64,000 nucleotides of DNA, taken from assembly GCF_964355755.1 (NCBI RefSeq), contig NC_092679.1:12817432-12881431 (forward strand), in the 5' to 3' direction. Position 1 is the stretch's first letter. The number at the start of each line of letters is the position of its first letter. The stretch comes from Antedon mediterranea. Lineage: Eukaryota > Animalia > Echinodermata. Of the stretch, positions 1 to 13,704 are shown one piece after another. The translations under genes were made by a program, and so were the position numbers. The notes below the pieces were generated by a model that was not told the origin of the DNA, did not search any database, and saw only the letters and a list, made by a program, of their open reading frames with translations.

Positions 1-12
1 TACTGGCAGTTA

Positions 13-2379
13 ATGCTAAGTGAGAAAAGCTCTAAGCTAACCACATTTAACACCCCTTGGGGTAGATATAGATTTAAACGCATGCCCTTTGGTATAAACT
101 CCGCAGGTGAAATTTGGCAACGTGCAATGGAAGAGGAGTTTGATAATATACCAGGCATTGGCATAATAGTTGACGACATGCTAATAGTCGGAGATAACGA
201 TGCGCAACACGATGAAAGGTTGCAAATATTTTTTGACAAAGTTCGTGCATCTGGTCTGAAACTAAATCGCCCTAAATCTGAAGTAACTGTAGATCACGTT
301 GAATATTCAGGACATCTACTTACAGCCCAAGGCCTAAAACCGAGCCCTAACAGGATTAGAGCCCTAACAGAAATGCCCAGACCCAAAACAAAAAACGAAT
401 TGGAAACCTTTTTGGGAATTATGGTATATCTTGCCAAGTTCGTCCCTAATTTATCCAACGTGACAGCCCCACTCCGTGCACTTCTTGCAAAAGGAGTTGA
501 TTGGTCATGGGAATCCCAACATGAGGAAACATAGAAACTCATAGATATCTCCACAACAGCGCCGACATTAAAATACTATGATGCTAGCCAGCCAGTAAGA
601 GTGGCAACAGACGCAAGCAACCAAGGTTTTGGTTCTATGATTAGTCAAGTAGGGCAACCGGTAGCCTATGCATCCCGTAGATTAAACCAGGCTGAAACTA
701 ATTACGCGCCTATCGAGAAAAAAATGGCCGCCATCCAGTTTGGATGTGCACGATTTCATGATTATATTTATGGAGCAAAAACAATCATGGAAACCGACCA
801 CAAGCCCCTAGTGGGAATATTTCAAAAACCACTCCATAAATTAAGCCCCAGGCTACAGAGAATGCGATTAGCACTGCTTAGATATGACCTTGAAGTTGTG
901 TGGGTACCTGGTAAGGAAAACCTTATCCCAGACACGCTAAGCCGTGCTACCCTTAGGGATGACCCCCCACAAATTGAGAACGATGAATACATAGTATCAA
1001 GTATTATAAACCAACTACCAATAACGGACGAAAAATTGGTAGAATTACGCAGAGCATCCAAAAGAGACCCGACACTCACATTAGTACGTCAATTCGCAGA
1101 GTCCAAATGGCCAGAAAAAACAGCAATTCCATTAGAAGCTAGGCCATACTTTAATTTGAAAGACGAAATTGTGTCGTGTAATAACTTATTGTTTCGTGGA
1201 AACCAAATCTTAATTCCTAAAGTTATGCAACCAGAAATGTTAAAAAAGTTGCATGAGAGCCACCAAGGCATAGTAAAATCGAAACAACGAGCGAAAACAA
1301 TTATGTTCTGGCCCGGCATGAATGCTCAAATAGTGGACATAATCTCAAAATGTTCAACTTGCATGGAATTTCGCTGTAAACGCGCAGCAGAACCGATGCA
1401 ACCACACGAAATACCAGACCGCCCCTGGGCAAAAGTCGGTACAGATTTATTCGAAATCGGACCGAAAGATTATATTATTATAACAGATTATTACTCAAAG
1501 TTTCCAGAAGTAATAGAGATCACAGATAAAACCGCACAAACAGTAGTAGACGCTACCAAATCCGTATTTAGTAGATCAGGAACCCCACTAATAGTCATCA
1601 GCGATAACGGTCCTTGCTATGACAGCGATGTATATCACAAATTCGCAACCGACTGGAGATTCCAACACATAACAACAAGTCCAGGATTTCCCCAATCTAA
1701 TGGACAAGTAGAAAATTCAGTCAAATCTGTTAAAAAGCTCTTAAAGAAAGCGATAAAGACGGGTAATGACCCATACAATTCACTCCTAGAATTTAGAAAC
1801 ACCCCCATTGATGGTACAGATGGATATTCACCGAGTGAATTACTAAACAGTAGACTCTTAAGATCCAAATTGCCAACAACAGAGGCACTTTTAAAACCAC
1901 ACATTGCACCCCCTATGAAAAATAAACTATAAGACAGACAACAAAAACAAAAATCATATTATGACCAAAAGGCAAGAAGTTTAATCAAACAGCCAACCAT
2001 AGGCAAACCTGTCAGATTCAGGAATGCAAAAGGGGAATGAGAATATGGTATTGTGAAGGCTAAATTAAATCAGCCTCGAAGTGTATTAGTACAGAATGAT
2101 TATGGAAAGGTATTTAAGAGGAACCGTAGACACATGTATGATACGAAGGAAAACCATATTCCGCAACAGACACAACATGATTCTGATGTTAATTTACCTG
2201 AACAAGATATGTCTGATCACAATGACATACCACAAAATGATCATAATAATCCTATTGTCCACAACCCAACCCATCAGGCTACATATGAATCAGTTCAAAT
2301 TAAACCAAATGTAACAACACGTAGTGGCAGAATATCTAAGGGAGCAACTAAGCTCAATATGAAAGTCGACAAAGTATAA
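13..2379 (+). pseudogene. pol: Gypsy pol (RT, RNase H, integrase) with in-frame stops
   Basis: ORFs 13-534, 601-1932 and 2053-2379 share one frame, split by stops at 532, 1930 and 2038. Motifs: RT TTFNTPWGRYRFKRMPFG..IVDD; RNase H TDAS, NYAPIEKK, TDHKPL; IN HHCC, DLF, SDNGP, SNGQVE. Confidence 0.92.
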
Positions 2380-2606
2380 ATCAAAGATTGAGTAAATTGT
2401 GTTAAAGAGTTATTTAGTGTTAATTATGAGTTATTGTTTTAAGGTTAATAGAAATAACTATATGTACGCATTATTCACGTTTCAGATATACTTTATTGTA
2501 AGAAATCCATGTACAGTACAACATGTTAAGTCATAAGAAAAATCACTATTTGTATTACTGCTAAAAGCATCATCTACTCAGTATTGTAATAATATTAAAG
2601 GGAGCA

Positions 2607-2722
2607 TGTAATGTATGTTAACAATAACTACATACTCCAACATATGATGTTGTCGCCCTCTATAGGGATAATAAAAAAACAGTCGTACACAAACATGGCT
2701 CCTGTCATTATTAAACATCACA
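2607..2722 (+). repeat. 3' LTR (~116 bp) of the Gypsy element
   Basis: TG...CA ends with imperfect short IR, internal AATAAA near 2670, preceded by PPT; partner LTR lies outside the window. Confidence 0.65.
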
Positions 2723-2961
2723 ATCTAAGCTAGGGCTATAATATAAGCCTACTTCTACTATCTAGTAGGGCCTAGGCCTAGTTAGTACTGTAGTTTACTA
2801 CTGTGTAGTGTAGTGTAGCAGCAGCTGTAGGCAGGCAGATAATCGGGTCAGAAAAGTAGACGGGAACCCACTTTGAGGCCTAGCTAGCTGGTCCTATATA
2901 TCGTACTCGCCTAGCTAAGCCATCACTCCACAACTAGCTACAGGAAATAGGCCTACTATGT

Positions 2962-4018
2962 GGGTGTCACGAAACTTAAGACCACGAAAGCTAAGACCCC
3001 CTAAGACCTAAGATCACGAAAGCTAAGACCCAAGACGTCCTAAGAATAAGATTACAAATATTTATCTTTCGCACCTGCCTTGTATTTTAACTCCCAGCAT
3101 TTATTCTTAATACCACACCTTAGAATTGGCACTTTCATGAAAAAGAATCACATAAATAGTAACAAATACATTTTTAAATTGATGATTGATGATTTTACAG
3201 ACGTTTTTCTTGCAAACAAAATACAGTAGGCCTACCCACGTTCAATGTTTTTGTTTCTATGGAACGTCAAAAGAGCAAAAATTATATATAGAGGGCTGAA
3301 AACTCTGTGGAGTCCATCTACAGTGTGGATGGAACAATGTAAAATTAAAATTGTAATGATATTATAATAGTATAATCATGCAAGTACGAAGAAATAAATA
3401 CTGGCAAATAAATTTTAATTTAAAAATCATGATAAGTTTTTTTGTTTCGTTTTCTTTCTGTTTTTATACTTGTACTATTATTGTTGCTCTTTTGGCGCTC
3501 CATAGAAACAAAAACATTGAGCATGGGGAGCTCGAGGAGTTACAGTATACAGTACAAAGAAACACGTCTGTAAAATCATCAATTTAAAGGATTTATTTAT
3601 TTGTTTTTATGTGTTTCTCCTTCTAAAAGTGTGGTATTCAGGATAAAGTTAGTCAATAAATTTGGAGTCAAAATACAAGAAATGTAGGTGCGTAAGAAAA
3701 ACATCCTCTGAACCAACACAATGGAGTAAATATATACCAACAAACAACCCGTCAAGTTTGTTTGTTGTAAAGAAAAAATATACATTTACTCAACGGTCGA
3801 AAATAATGCGAGTTTATCTATGTTTTGCGGTAGTATTAAATTATATTTATTGTAATAAATTAAACCTACTGTGTTTAAAATTATGTATGGATGAACAAGT
3901 ATTGTTTTTAAGCTGTAGTATATCTTAGAATTTGTAATCTTAGGTCTTGGGTCTTAGCTTTCGTGATCTTAGGTCTTAGGGGGTCTTAGCTTTCGTGGTC
4001 TTAGGTTTCGTGACACCC
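2962..4018. mobile_element. Non-autonomous TIR element (Mutator/MULE-like), copy 1, 10-bp TSD
   Basis: TIRs GGGTGTCACGAAAC...GTTTCGTGACACCC built from CTAAGAC repeats; CCTACTATGT duplicated at 2952-2961 and 4019-4028. Confidence 0.85.
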
Positions 4019-5841
4019 CCTACTATGTTGATGTACCATTGATATACATTTGGAGCTCGAATTAATTTTAAAGTCCAAAAAAAGACTAACTGATGACAAA
4101 AAACGAACATTTGGAAAATGATCAGCATACAGTACCAAAGAAGTTGACGGTAGAATAGATTGTTGTTGACAGCAACCAAAACGAAAACACTAGTAATTAG
4201 ACTAGGCCTTTTTGAGGGAGGAGATGCACTTTTCAGGGATTCCTTACTGTACATTAGTACCCCAAATTGAAAACTTCAGATTTATGTACAGAAATAATAA
4301 TTATATGTATGCAATAAATTGTGAAATATTTAACTTTTCTATTTGACTTTTGTATTTATACATCATTGTTTTTCAATTTATAGACTTAAGCTAATGAAGA
4401 CTGGAACAGAAGTTACACCCATACAGCATTTTAAAGGCAACTGGCAGTAGACTCGGTAGTGGAACACAAGATAAATATTGGATGACTATCATAAAGCATT
4501 AGGCAAATGTGTTGGTTGTTTTCCAGCTTTTAAAATGTTGTATAGTTTTCATAATTCGAGCAATAACATTTGTATACAGCATTATATAAATAAAAAATAC
4601 TACTACAGTACATGAGATAAAATCACCATAATTTTAATGTGTGAAGATTTACAGTACAGTACAGTAAAAAATGAGTTAATTACTAGTACTAGATGGCACG
4701 CTCGCTTCGCTCGCGTACCATCTAGGGGTGCTCACAGATGGTTCTCGAATACAGTAGAATCCACGGACGGGGACTTTTTTGGGACACTAAACAAAAACGG
4801 AAGTGTCCCCCTAATTGGGGTATTCAGAAATAGAGACAACAAAACAAATACTGGATTCCATAAAGGACAATTAATTTATGTGGATTAAAGAAATTAGGGA
4901 GAAATGGAAATGTATGTACGGGAATTGGGCGGCACGTGGTGGTGGTGATGGAACCGCAGTAATAAAGTTGATTGTATTTATATATTATAAGAACCAAACT
5001 AAATAAATAGACCTAGACATTCTGCGAAATGGAAATCGGAAATTCAAGCTCCTATTCAGTGAAAAATTAAACTGTAGTCTACCTAAATATTTAGGGCAAA
5101 TCATCGGTTGTGGTGTTGAAATTCCTGTAAACATTTGTGTGAACCAAACTGGGTCGAATTTCTGTCATGAGTACTGATTTGTTGGCCTGTGATTTATGAC
5201 GCCTAAGGGATCTATCTAGACTTATTTTTTAGAATAATGTACGTACCTGTCAGATACAATTGTCTTGTGTCGTATAATAAATAAGTACTGTAATAGTTAC
5301 TGAAGTTACTATTACAATCTCGTCAATGAAAACACGAAAATGTATATGCACTTACTTATGAAAACGTATACAGTATTATACTCAGTTATTGAAACAGTAG
5401 GTTTAAAAAAGTTTCGTTTGTCTGTAAAATGATGTAATCAAGCTGTTTACATGAGTCTTAATGTATAAGCACATCAATAATAAAATAGTTTTTCTATCCT
5501 GTAATTGGCGAGATTATGGTCGCTGTTGAATGAAATAAAGCCAATCGGTATCATATTTGTACAGAAACGTTTTCGCGGCCGAAGGGTGTAACCTAAATTC
5601 GTTGTATTATCGTCAAGAACTAACTGTAACTAAACTTACATAGAAAGTAGGGTATCATAAATTTGGCCTTAGCACTCGGGGGAGTGGCTAAGATGAAGTC
5701 CGTGGGACTACTAAATATAAATTGTAATGAACCTCGAGGGACATAAATAGGAATATTTCATGTTTCATTATCAATGTATAATAAATGGAAACTGTTTACC
5801 GATTCAAATAATAGAAATTGGTTTTTAACATTTTCCGAACC

Positions 5842-6965
5842 TATTGCAAGTTTATTCTCAAAGGGCCCATATATTTACCTACCGTATGTGTTAAACCAAG
5901 GGCTCATAAATTTACCTACAGTACTTGTGTTAAACCAAACTCTGGCAGACTGAGAGATTGGGATGTTCCATTCATCGCAAATCAATACATTTGTATAATC
6001 GTATATTAAATCTATCAAAATAGTATTTTTTAAAGAAAATCGGCCTGTCTTCAACATTATGATGGTGTACTCTAGCAATCTATCAAAATAGTATTTTTTA
6101 AAGAAAATCGGCCTGTCTTCAACATTATGATGGTGTACTCTAGCTGTTCAACCGGTTTTCAGCTATTAAAAACAATTATCGTAGGAGGAGATAGGAAAAT
6201 GCGAAGCCTCCTCGCTATGTAACATTAGGGTTGAGGGATGGGAAAGCGGATAGGTACAAAGAGGAACAATTTTTAAATATATTCTTTATCCACTGAGTAA
6301 CGAAATATTTTGTTCATGTTTTATAGGCCTATAAATAATATACCTCTAAATACAGTAGGCCTAAAACATTTGCGATTTAATACTTTGTTAAAACTGTCAC
6401 TGTCATAATCGATTGAAATATTAAAGTACATGTCACGATACACCACTACGACGTTTATATTTTTGGTAATTATTAATTAATACAAACGTTGAGAAGGAAC
6501 TGTCAGTATAAAGTTTATTTGTATATCTAACAGTAGAGCCTATCCACAGTCTCAGTAATAAAGTTTATATTTTTATATTACATCTAACAGTAGGAACATT
6601 CACAATAAGAAATGTTCGATTCAAATTAAAAATAGTTAATAGGTATTTACAGTATTGTCAAAGTATTGCAAGTTTATTCTCAAAGGGCCCATATATTTAC
6701 CTACCGTATGTGTTAAACCAAGGGCTCATAAATTTACCTACAGTACTTGTGTTAAACCAAACTTGGGAGAGAGATTGGGATGTTCCATTCATCGCAAATC
6801 AATACATTTGTATAATCGTATATTAAATCTATCAAAATAGTATTTTTTAAAGAAAATCGGCCTGTCTTCAACATTATGATGGTGTACTCTAGCCGTTCAA
6901 CCGGTTTTCAGCTATTAAAAACAATTATCGTAGGAGGAGATAGAAAAATGCGAAGCCTCCTCGCA
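5842..6965 (+). repeat. ~300-bp direct repeat (5842-6215 and 6664-6965); the first copy has an internal ~68-bp tandem duplication
   Basis: near-identical TATTGCAAGTTTATTCTCAAAGGGCCC...TGCGAAGCCTCCTCGC; each copy ends in a small hairpin. Confidence 0.85.
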
Positions 6966-7444
6966 TTTTTTTGGCGGGTATTTTTCAAGATGGACATCCA
7001 TTAGACAGTGTATACCATGATCGGAAAACACCCCTATTTGGGGCAAATCGTTGAACCTAAATTCGTTTTAATCGTCAATAACTAATTATCTAACTCAATT
7101 TAATTAGTAAACAGGGTTACATCAGGCGGTTAAAATCAGTACCGAAAGTACGAACCAACTTTACATACCATCGAGTGAAAATTCTAGAAGTAAGGCGCGA
7201 TTTACCGAATTTTGCCCTTACGTAAATTTATATATAGATATTTCATTGAATTTCTGCATTATTGTTGACAATTTATTTTCAAATATTAATTGATGTGTTG
7301 ATTGTGGCATTACAGCAATAGCTTGTCTTCTGTGATTGTTCATCCATTTTAAAGTGTCATAGTAAGAAACGTTCAAATAAATATTGTGAATGTTGCTACC
7401 ACATTTTGTGTTGATTTCTTCACCATTTTCCACTACTTGCTCAT

Positions 7445-7607
7445 CGCCAGTAGGGCAAAAGGCACACCACAATAAAGACGACCGGACACGTAAGACTCAA
7501 GTAGAATAAGATCTTTATTCGTCAAAACCAAATATCACAACAATAACATAACAACCAGCGGCTATGATATATATGAGTCAACCCAGATAGGGGGCGCTAG
7601 ACTGGCG
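7445..7607 (-). repeat. 3' LTR
   Basis: direct repeat of 12702-12864. Confidence 0.95.
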
Positions 7608-7728
7608 TAATCATTTTTTTTTTCTCTTCTCATAAAACACAAAAAGTCAAGAACAAAACAAAGCAAGCAAAAGCAATCAAAATCTAAATTGAATGGTCGA
7701 AATTTAACTATATAATACGAATGAAACA

Positions 7729-10700
7729 TTATAAATCAAGAACGTAGTCAGAGAGATGTCTAGGAAATCTGCGTGAACGTGTGGATGTGCGATGAGACAA
7801 CTGTGCTGGAACTTCCATAGGTGATTCTTCCGGGGTCTGTATGGATGATGACTTGTCATTCACCTCATCAGGAGCGGCAGAAAGAGTTGACGGTACCTCG
7901 GGTGGAGGAAATGGAGACGGATCAACTGTAAAATCAGGTTCTTCATCAGAGGTGTCGCAGTGGCGTTGTGAGGTTGGTGTGGGAGAATGATGAACGTCAG
8001 TCGGTACAGTAAAACACTCTGATTTCTTTACACGATAAGTAGCGCTTCTCAATTGTGAGTGCGTAAACTTTCGGATGTTGCACCACTTTCCATCTACAGA
8101 AACAACGAGATAGCGATCTCGTGCACAGGTCTTGCGACGATCTGTCCACAGGTAGACTAAATCACCAACCGTAATAGAAACGTCAGGTGCTGCACACGCG
8201 ACGGGTGCCTTAGACTTTTCGCTGTGCGCGTGATTAGAGGCTCTGAGGTGCTGTTGGCTGATAATCAACTTGCGGTCAGAAATAGGGATTTGGTCATGAG
8301 TGAACTGATCTCGCTGTGTCCACATTTGGCGAGACGACAATCCTCGTGTTCGGATACGGGAGTTAAGACGAGAAGTGGCGACAGCAAGCAAGGTGAGATG
8401 GGACCACCACCAGGCTCTTGCCGAAGTAACTCTTCTGACAATTCGCGTACAGCTTTCTCTCCAACCGGGTTTTTGTTGATGTTCTTAACTCTGCCAATTT
8501 CGATCGAAATCCTATGTTTCAGTAAGACGGGATCGTGGACGAGTGCTATGAAGCCCGGGGCAGGGTCTGTGCGGATGTTTGCTGAGGGGCCCTCCACGGG
8601 GCACATGCCAATGCATAAGCGAATTAAGGTATCACGTAGAGTATCGTGCTTCTCATCGCTGATTAAACACGAAAGGGTGTAAGACGTCACCGTCTCTCTG
8701 ACAACAAGAATAAGTTGACGCTCGCGTTTTAGGACATCGGCGGCAAAGGTGATTCCGAGCTTCGACGGAGGATCATCAGTGGACTGCTCAATTGCAGTGG
8801 TGGGTACAGTACGGATCGAGGCACAGTGATGACACGATTCTGACACCTGTTCGATGGTTTTGTCCAAGTCAAGCGCAAAGAAGTGGCGGCGAACGGATAA
8901 CTTAAGTTGGTGACTAGTTGGGTGATCTAGCCGGACGTGAAGTGATGTCAGCAGTCCGTTTAATATGGGGCGAGGGACAATGATACATTCATGCTTAAGT
9001 GAGAGTGGTTCAGTGCGGTTGACTACAAGGAGACCATCTCTTCCAATGGAACAACAGTTAAGGTACCGTTTAATGTCCCTGACATTGGTTAACTTTTTAG
9101 ATGGACGCGTTCCTTGAATAAGATGAGCTTTTACACGCCGAAGGTCTGGACACTCGGATTGGATGGCTAGCCAAGCTGGCCGACTGGTGAACGGGAGTTT
9201 GGCGTCTCCAGTAATGAAATCACGTATCGATGAACGTAGTACCGTTGACTCTATTGCGCCGTTGACAAATGAGCAAACCTGACAGTTGTTAACTGAGCAT
9301 GGTGGAGCATTGCGACTAGCAAAGTCGGATGGGACGTTGGCTGAGCCTGCCAGGTGCCGAATAGAAATCTGGTACCTGCTAGCGGTGGACAGGAAGGTGG
9401 ACACACGGGGACTGACTGAGAATTCTCCCCTGCATAGCTTTTCAAGCGCTTGGACGCATGGCTTACTGTCAGTTAGGTCGAGACTGGATAATAAAAGGAC
9501 TAAAATGTTTAACGGCTGCCGCGATAGCCAAAGCTTCGATCTCGCAGGGTAGCCATGTGACCTGACGCGCACGGAGTTTGGCACTAAAAAAGCCGGCTAA
9601 CTGTGGTTTGGATTCACGAGTAACGTATAAGTTTGCGCCTAGACCATGACTTTTAACAGCACCATCCGTAACGATCCACATTTGGTCATCGGGATGAGGT
9701 AAAACTATGACCTTGTTTGAGTCAAGTGCGTTCTGTGCTACTTTAAATGCTTCATGTAAGGCATCGTACCAATGTATTGTTTTTTTTTGGACTGTAAGCC
9801 GGCTATGGCTTCTTCCAGTGGAGCGATGAGAGATGCGCACTGAGGTAAAACGCGTGCTAACACCTTATATGCCCCGATAAAGGAGCGTAAACCTCTTACC
9901 GTCGGTGGTGGAGTGCATGCCTTTAACGTTGAAATACGATGACTATTTCCGCGAATAGAACCTAGGGATCAGGTCCACCCAAGAATGGTTGTAGTTTGTG
10001 GACAAATCATCGTTTTGCTAGCAGACAATCGCAGACCACACTTGTAAATGCATTGGAGTAGACGCCGCCAATTGTAAATTAACTCCTCTAAACTGTCCCC
10101 TCCACAATAAAGGTCATCCGCAAGCTTTGCTACTACTCCCTCCTTAATCAAATCTCCCAGTACCCGACAAGTCAGCTCTTCGAGGGCGGTCTCTGAACCA
10201 GGCATACCCATGGCACACCGGGCATAAACTCTCACACCTCGAAATAGTGTGGCAACGCCGCAGTACTTCATAGAAGCGCGAGACAAAGGAATCTGGTAAA
10301 AGGCCTTTGTGAGGTCAGTAGTGATTAGGTGCTTCCATTTTGCGATGTTACGTAGAACGGAGTTGACATCCGGCATAAGGGAGGGTTGGGGTTTTGCATA
10401 TCGTCCGACCTCGGCGAATGCTGTAACCAGACGGTAACCACCACTCTCTTTTTTGACAAGGAAAGATGGGTTAAGATATTCGACTTGGACACCGACGTCC
10501 TCGGGGCGAACAAATACTCCCACTTTCTCAAGCTCATCAAATTTGTCCTGTAGCTCAACCAGTTTATCCTCTCTGAGGAGGCTGTACAGGTCCCATGTTA
10601 ACAACAGCCTGGAATGGGCCAACAGAGCCGTTGTAGGCTTTAATCATAGGATCGAAAATAACATCGTATTCGGTAAGAATGGATTGGAATTGGGATTTCA

Positions 10701-12503
10701 CATTCTGTGGGAGGATATGGTCTGGATCTAGCTTGACATAATTAGAAAACGCGACAGAGGAAGGAGGCTTACAGGGCTTAGATGGCAACTTTTGGGGAAT
10801 AGCATTTTCGGCCGACAATGGCACAAAGGTGGGTCGGACTTGGCAAAAATGTTCGTGTCGTTTGATGACCTGAGGTGTGTCGGTGGAGTTTGGGATACGT
10901 ACCCTTCCCGCAACACTAGAGACCAAGTCAAACTTTGGCCAGGTTCGAGGAAACGTACCCTTACTATGTGGTTCGAGAGCAAACACGTCATCTTGTTGGA
11001 TGAAGTCAGACGGAATGGCTACCTCTATAAATTCTCCCGGCCATATAGTGGTCTCCCCTTCAGGAGCACGAAGCACACAAGCACGGCGAACCGTGTTATG
11101 GTAAAGGCCCTGTACCTGGGAACCATAGATGTACGTGGTACCGTCACCCAATTTGATTTCCCGCTTCGCAGGTCGGAGGGCGATATCATTTAGCTCCATA
11201 AAGGAGTTCCGGCAAGAATGTCGACGTCAAGTTTTTCGACAACGAGACCCTCAAATTTGAATTCCCTGTCGTCCCTTGTGAGAATAATTGTGGTTTCGCC
11301 TACAACCGAAAGTGGGGAAGATCCGTCAGCCTGATGGGCAGACTGAGAGCTACTTTTAATGGTGGCGCCAAGGGCAGTGGCAGCAGTAAAGGCAATCATG
11401 TTTCCTGTAGTCCCACTGTCTAGTGTGATTCTGGCTGTGTGGTGTTGGTGAAATGTGTCAAGGTATGGGGACTGGCGAACTTAGACTCGTAAAGCTGTCG
11501 ACGGAGCACTATTATCACCAGGCTCATCCGAGGTGTTATCATCATCGATGATGCCAACGATTTGTTGGGCTTTAGCCATGTATTTCCTGTCTGACTCGGG
11601 CAAATGAGGACATTCACTGAGGAAATGCTTGTCGTCCGATCGGCCGCTCTGTTTACAGATAGGACAGGACTTGTGTTGGGAAAACTGTGGTCGGGAGAAT
11701 GACTGCCTAGGATTGGAATTTCGGCGTGAATCAGTGGAGCGGGGTGTGAAAGCTGAAGGAGAGCGAAATGTGGATGACCGAAAAACACGCGCATCATCCG
11801 CAGTTCGTAACTCTTCTAAGAGAGAGTCTAAAGCCTGAGAAATCTCCGGTTTCACTGACGCTAGAGTTCGAGTGCGGAGCTCAGTACCATACCTTTGCTT
11901 AACCAACTTAGGAAGGCCTTTGTGGATGAGAGAGAGCCAAGTAAGAACTACCAAATTTTCCAACGAGGGTGAAAGTTCTTCGTCCTCCTGTATTTGGGCA
12001 TCATGGTGGGAAATGCCCCCGTCTTGACGTAGTAAATTATCATGGACGAAAGCAACTAAGCGCTGATAGAGATCTTCCGGCCTTTCATTATCTTGTAAAA
12101 GTATATCAGCAAAATCAATAAAATGGGCGCCGGTTGACTGGAATCCATAATGCAGTCGGATAGTTTGCCAAATTTGTGAAAGTGAGGAGGAGCTTTTAAC
12201 AATGGTATTCCGGGAAATTATAGGGCAAAAATTAGCGATCTGACCGAGCATGAGTTCAAGGATAGTGAGTTTTTGTTGGGCGGTATGACGACGTGCAACA
12301 GGTACCTCCTCATTGTCGTCAGCTAAGCCGCGAAGGGGGGATGCCCTGGTTTTGGGACGCCAAACAGAACCATCTAGGAGAAATGGGGCAAAATTTGCAT
12401 CAAGTGAGAGTGTGTAGATAAGGTTTTGCTTCCAGTTTTCGAATGTATTTATAGTTTCTTTCTTGGTTAAGCACCATTGCTTGGGTGCTCTAGTACCGGC
12501 CAT
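7729..12503 (-). pseudogene. gag-pol polyprotein (gag with Zn-knuckle, aspartic protease, RT, RNase H, integrase), broken by a stop and several frameshifts
   Basis: gag [10 protein letters not shown]...CPIC..H..C; PR LDSGTTG; [23 protein letters not shown]; RNase [19 protein letters not shown]; [23 protein letters not shown]. Confidence 0.9.
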
Positions 12504-12701
12504 GGTAAGAAATATATACAGAAGTCTAGGTGTTGTCAGTTGCACGTGTGAAGCAACAGCCGATCGGCGCCTGTGAAAGCGTGGAGTATGTGATGATATG
12601 CTAGCTCGATTTGTTGCGCTAGGACTACTAGATTGGGTAGGCTACTCACCAGTACTAGTCGAATAATGGTGGGTGGGCTCGTAATCGTATAGCTGCCACC
12701 A

Positions 12702-12864
12702 CGCCAGTAGGGCAAAAGGCACACCACAATAAAGACGACCGGACACGTAAGACTCAAGTAGAATAAGATCTTTATTCGTCAAAACTAAATATCACAACAA
12801 TAACATAACAACCAGCGGCCATGATATATATGAGTCAACCCAGATAGGGGGCACTAGACTGGCG
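12702..12864 (-). repeat. 5' LTR
   Basis: direct repeat of 7445-7607, followed on the minus strand by the PBS. Confidence 0.95.
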
Positions 12865-13704
12865 CATATTGTTCATTCAAGTGTGTTAATACCTATTAAA
12901 AGAAAGACATTATTTATTAAAATATGTACATAAAAAGTTTAATTGTGTGAATGTTGGTTTGAACGTTATTGCTTTGGAAGAATTTTCAACATAATGGTAC
13001 TAAGTACTGTAAAGTACACATTCCAAAAAATATTTAACTTAGATTGTTTGGTCATTTTCTCTAAAATAATTACATTATTGGATGTACATTATAGGCCTAG
13101 TTACAATTTTCACAAATTTATATTAGCATTAAAATCTAATTAATCATGAAGGAAAAACCAAGCACCATAATCTCTCCTGGCCCTGGTGGTGACCTTATTT
13201 TCTATTTTTGGCAGCCATTCACAAGTTTTCGCTTTTTGAGTTTCGCTGCTCTTATGTATAATTTTTTTTAATCACAAACTCTACATAGAAAAGAAAATTA
13301 AATGTTTTAAAATGAATGAAAAGTGATATGAATAATGATAAAGACTATTATTATAGTATTATACTAAAAATAAGACGAGTTGGTGGTGTCAAAATCCACA
13401 CAAGTCACAATAAAACCACGAGGTATAAAATATTTTATTTTTATACCTCCATGCTAAAACCTTATTCCTTACTCCATGCTCACAGATGAATGTTATAGGC
13501 CTAATCCTATTTAAAGCTAGGTTGGCAATAACTATTAATAAGGCTTACAAGTTGTATCTATTAGTTAGCTAGGCCTGCTACTCACTCAGGGTGAACCCTC
13601 ACTCAGGCCTACAAGTAGGCCTAGGCCTAGTACTACTACTACTACTACTACTACTAGACTAGCTACTACTCTAGGCCTAGCCAATAGATAGGGGATCCTA
13701 CACC

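Larger units (their letters stand above)
1..2722 (+). mobile_element. Ty3/Gypsy LTR retrotransposon, 3' part (runs off the window start), decayed
   Basis: pol motifs in RT-RNaseH-IN order; purine tract AAAGGGAG just before a short LTR starting TGTAATG (2607) and ending CATCACA (2722). Confidence 0.9.
7445..12864 (-). mobile_element. Full-length decayed LTR retrotransposon of the Troyka type (Gypsy-like; CG...CG LTRs, 3-bp TSD)
   Basis: 163-bp LTRs at 7445-7607 and 12702-12864 (3 mismatches), ends CGCCAGT...ACTGGCG, TSD CAT, PBS TGGTGGCAGC after the 5' LTR, PPT GAGAAGAGAAAAA before the 3' LTR. Confidence 0.88.

Noticed and set aside
532-534. Programmed stop-codon readthrough in Gypsy pol
   Set aside because: Three stops within pol plus an RNase H IEKE->IEKK change indicate decay
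3378-3587. Repeated small ORF MQVRRNK (also 14132-14326) as a gene
   Set aside because: AT-rich chance ORF inside two copies of one MITE, with frameshift differences between the copies
8224-11838. Plus-strand ORFs overlapping the Troyka-type gag-pol
   Set aside because: Antisense shadows of the GC-richer coding strand with no recognisable motifs
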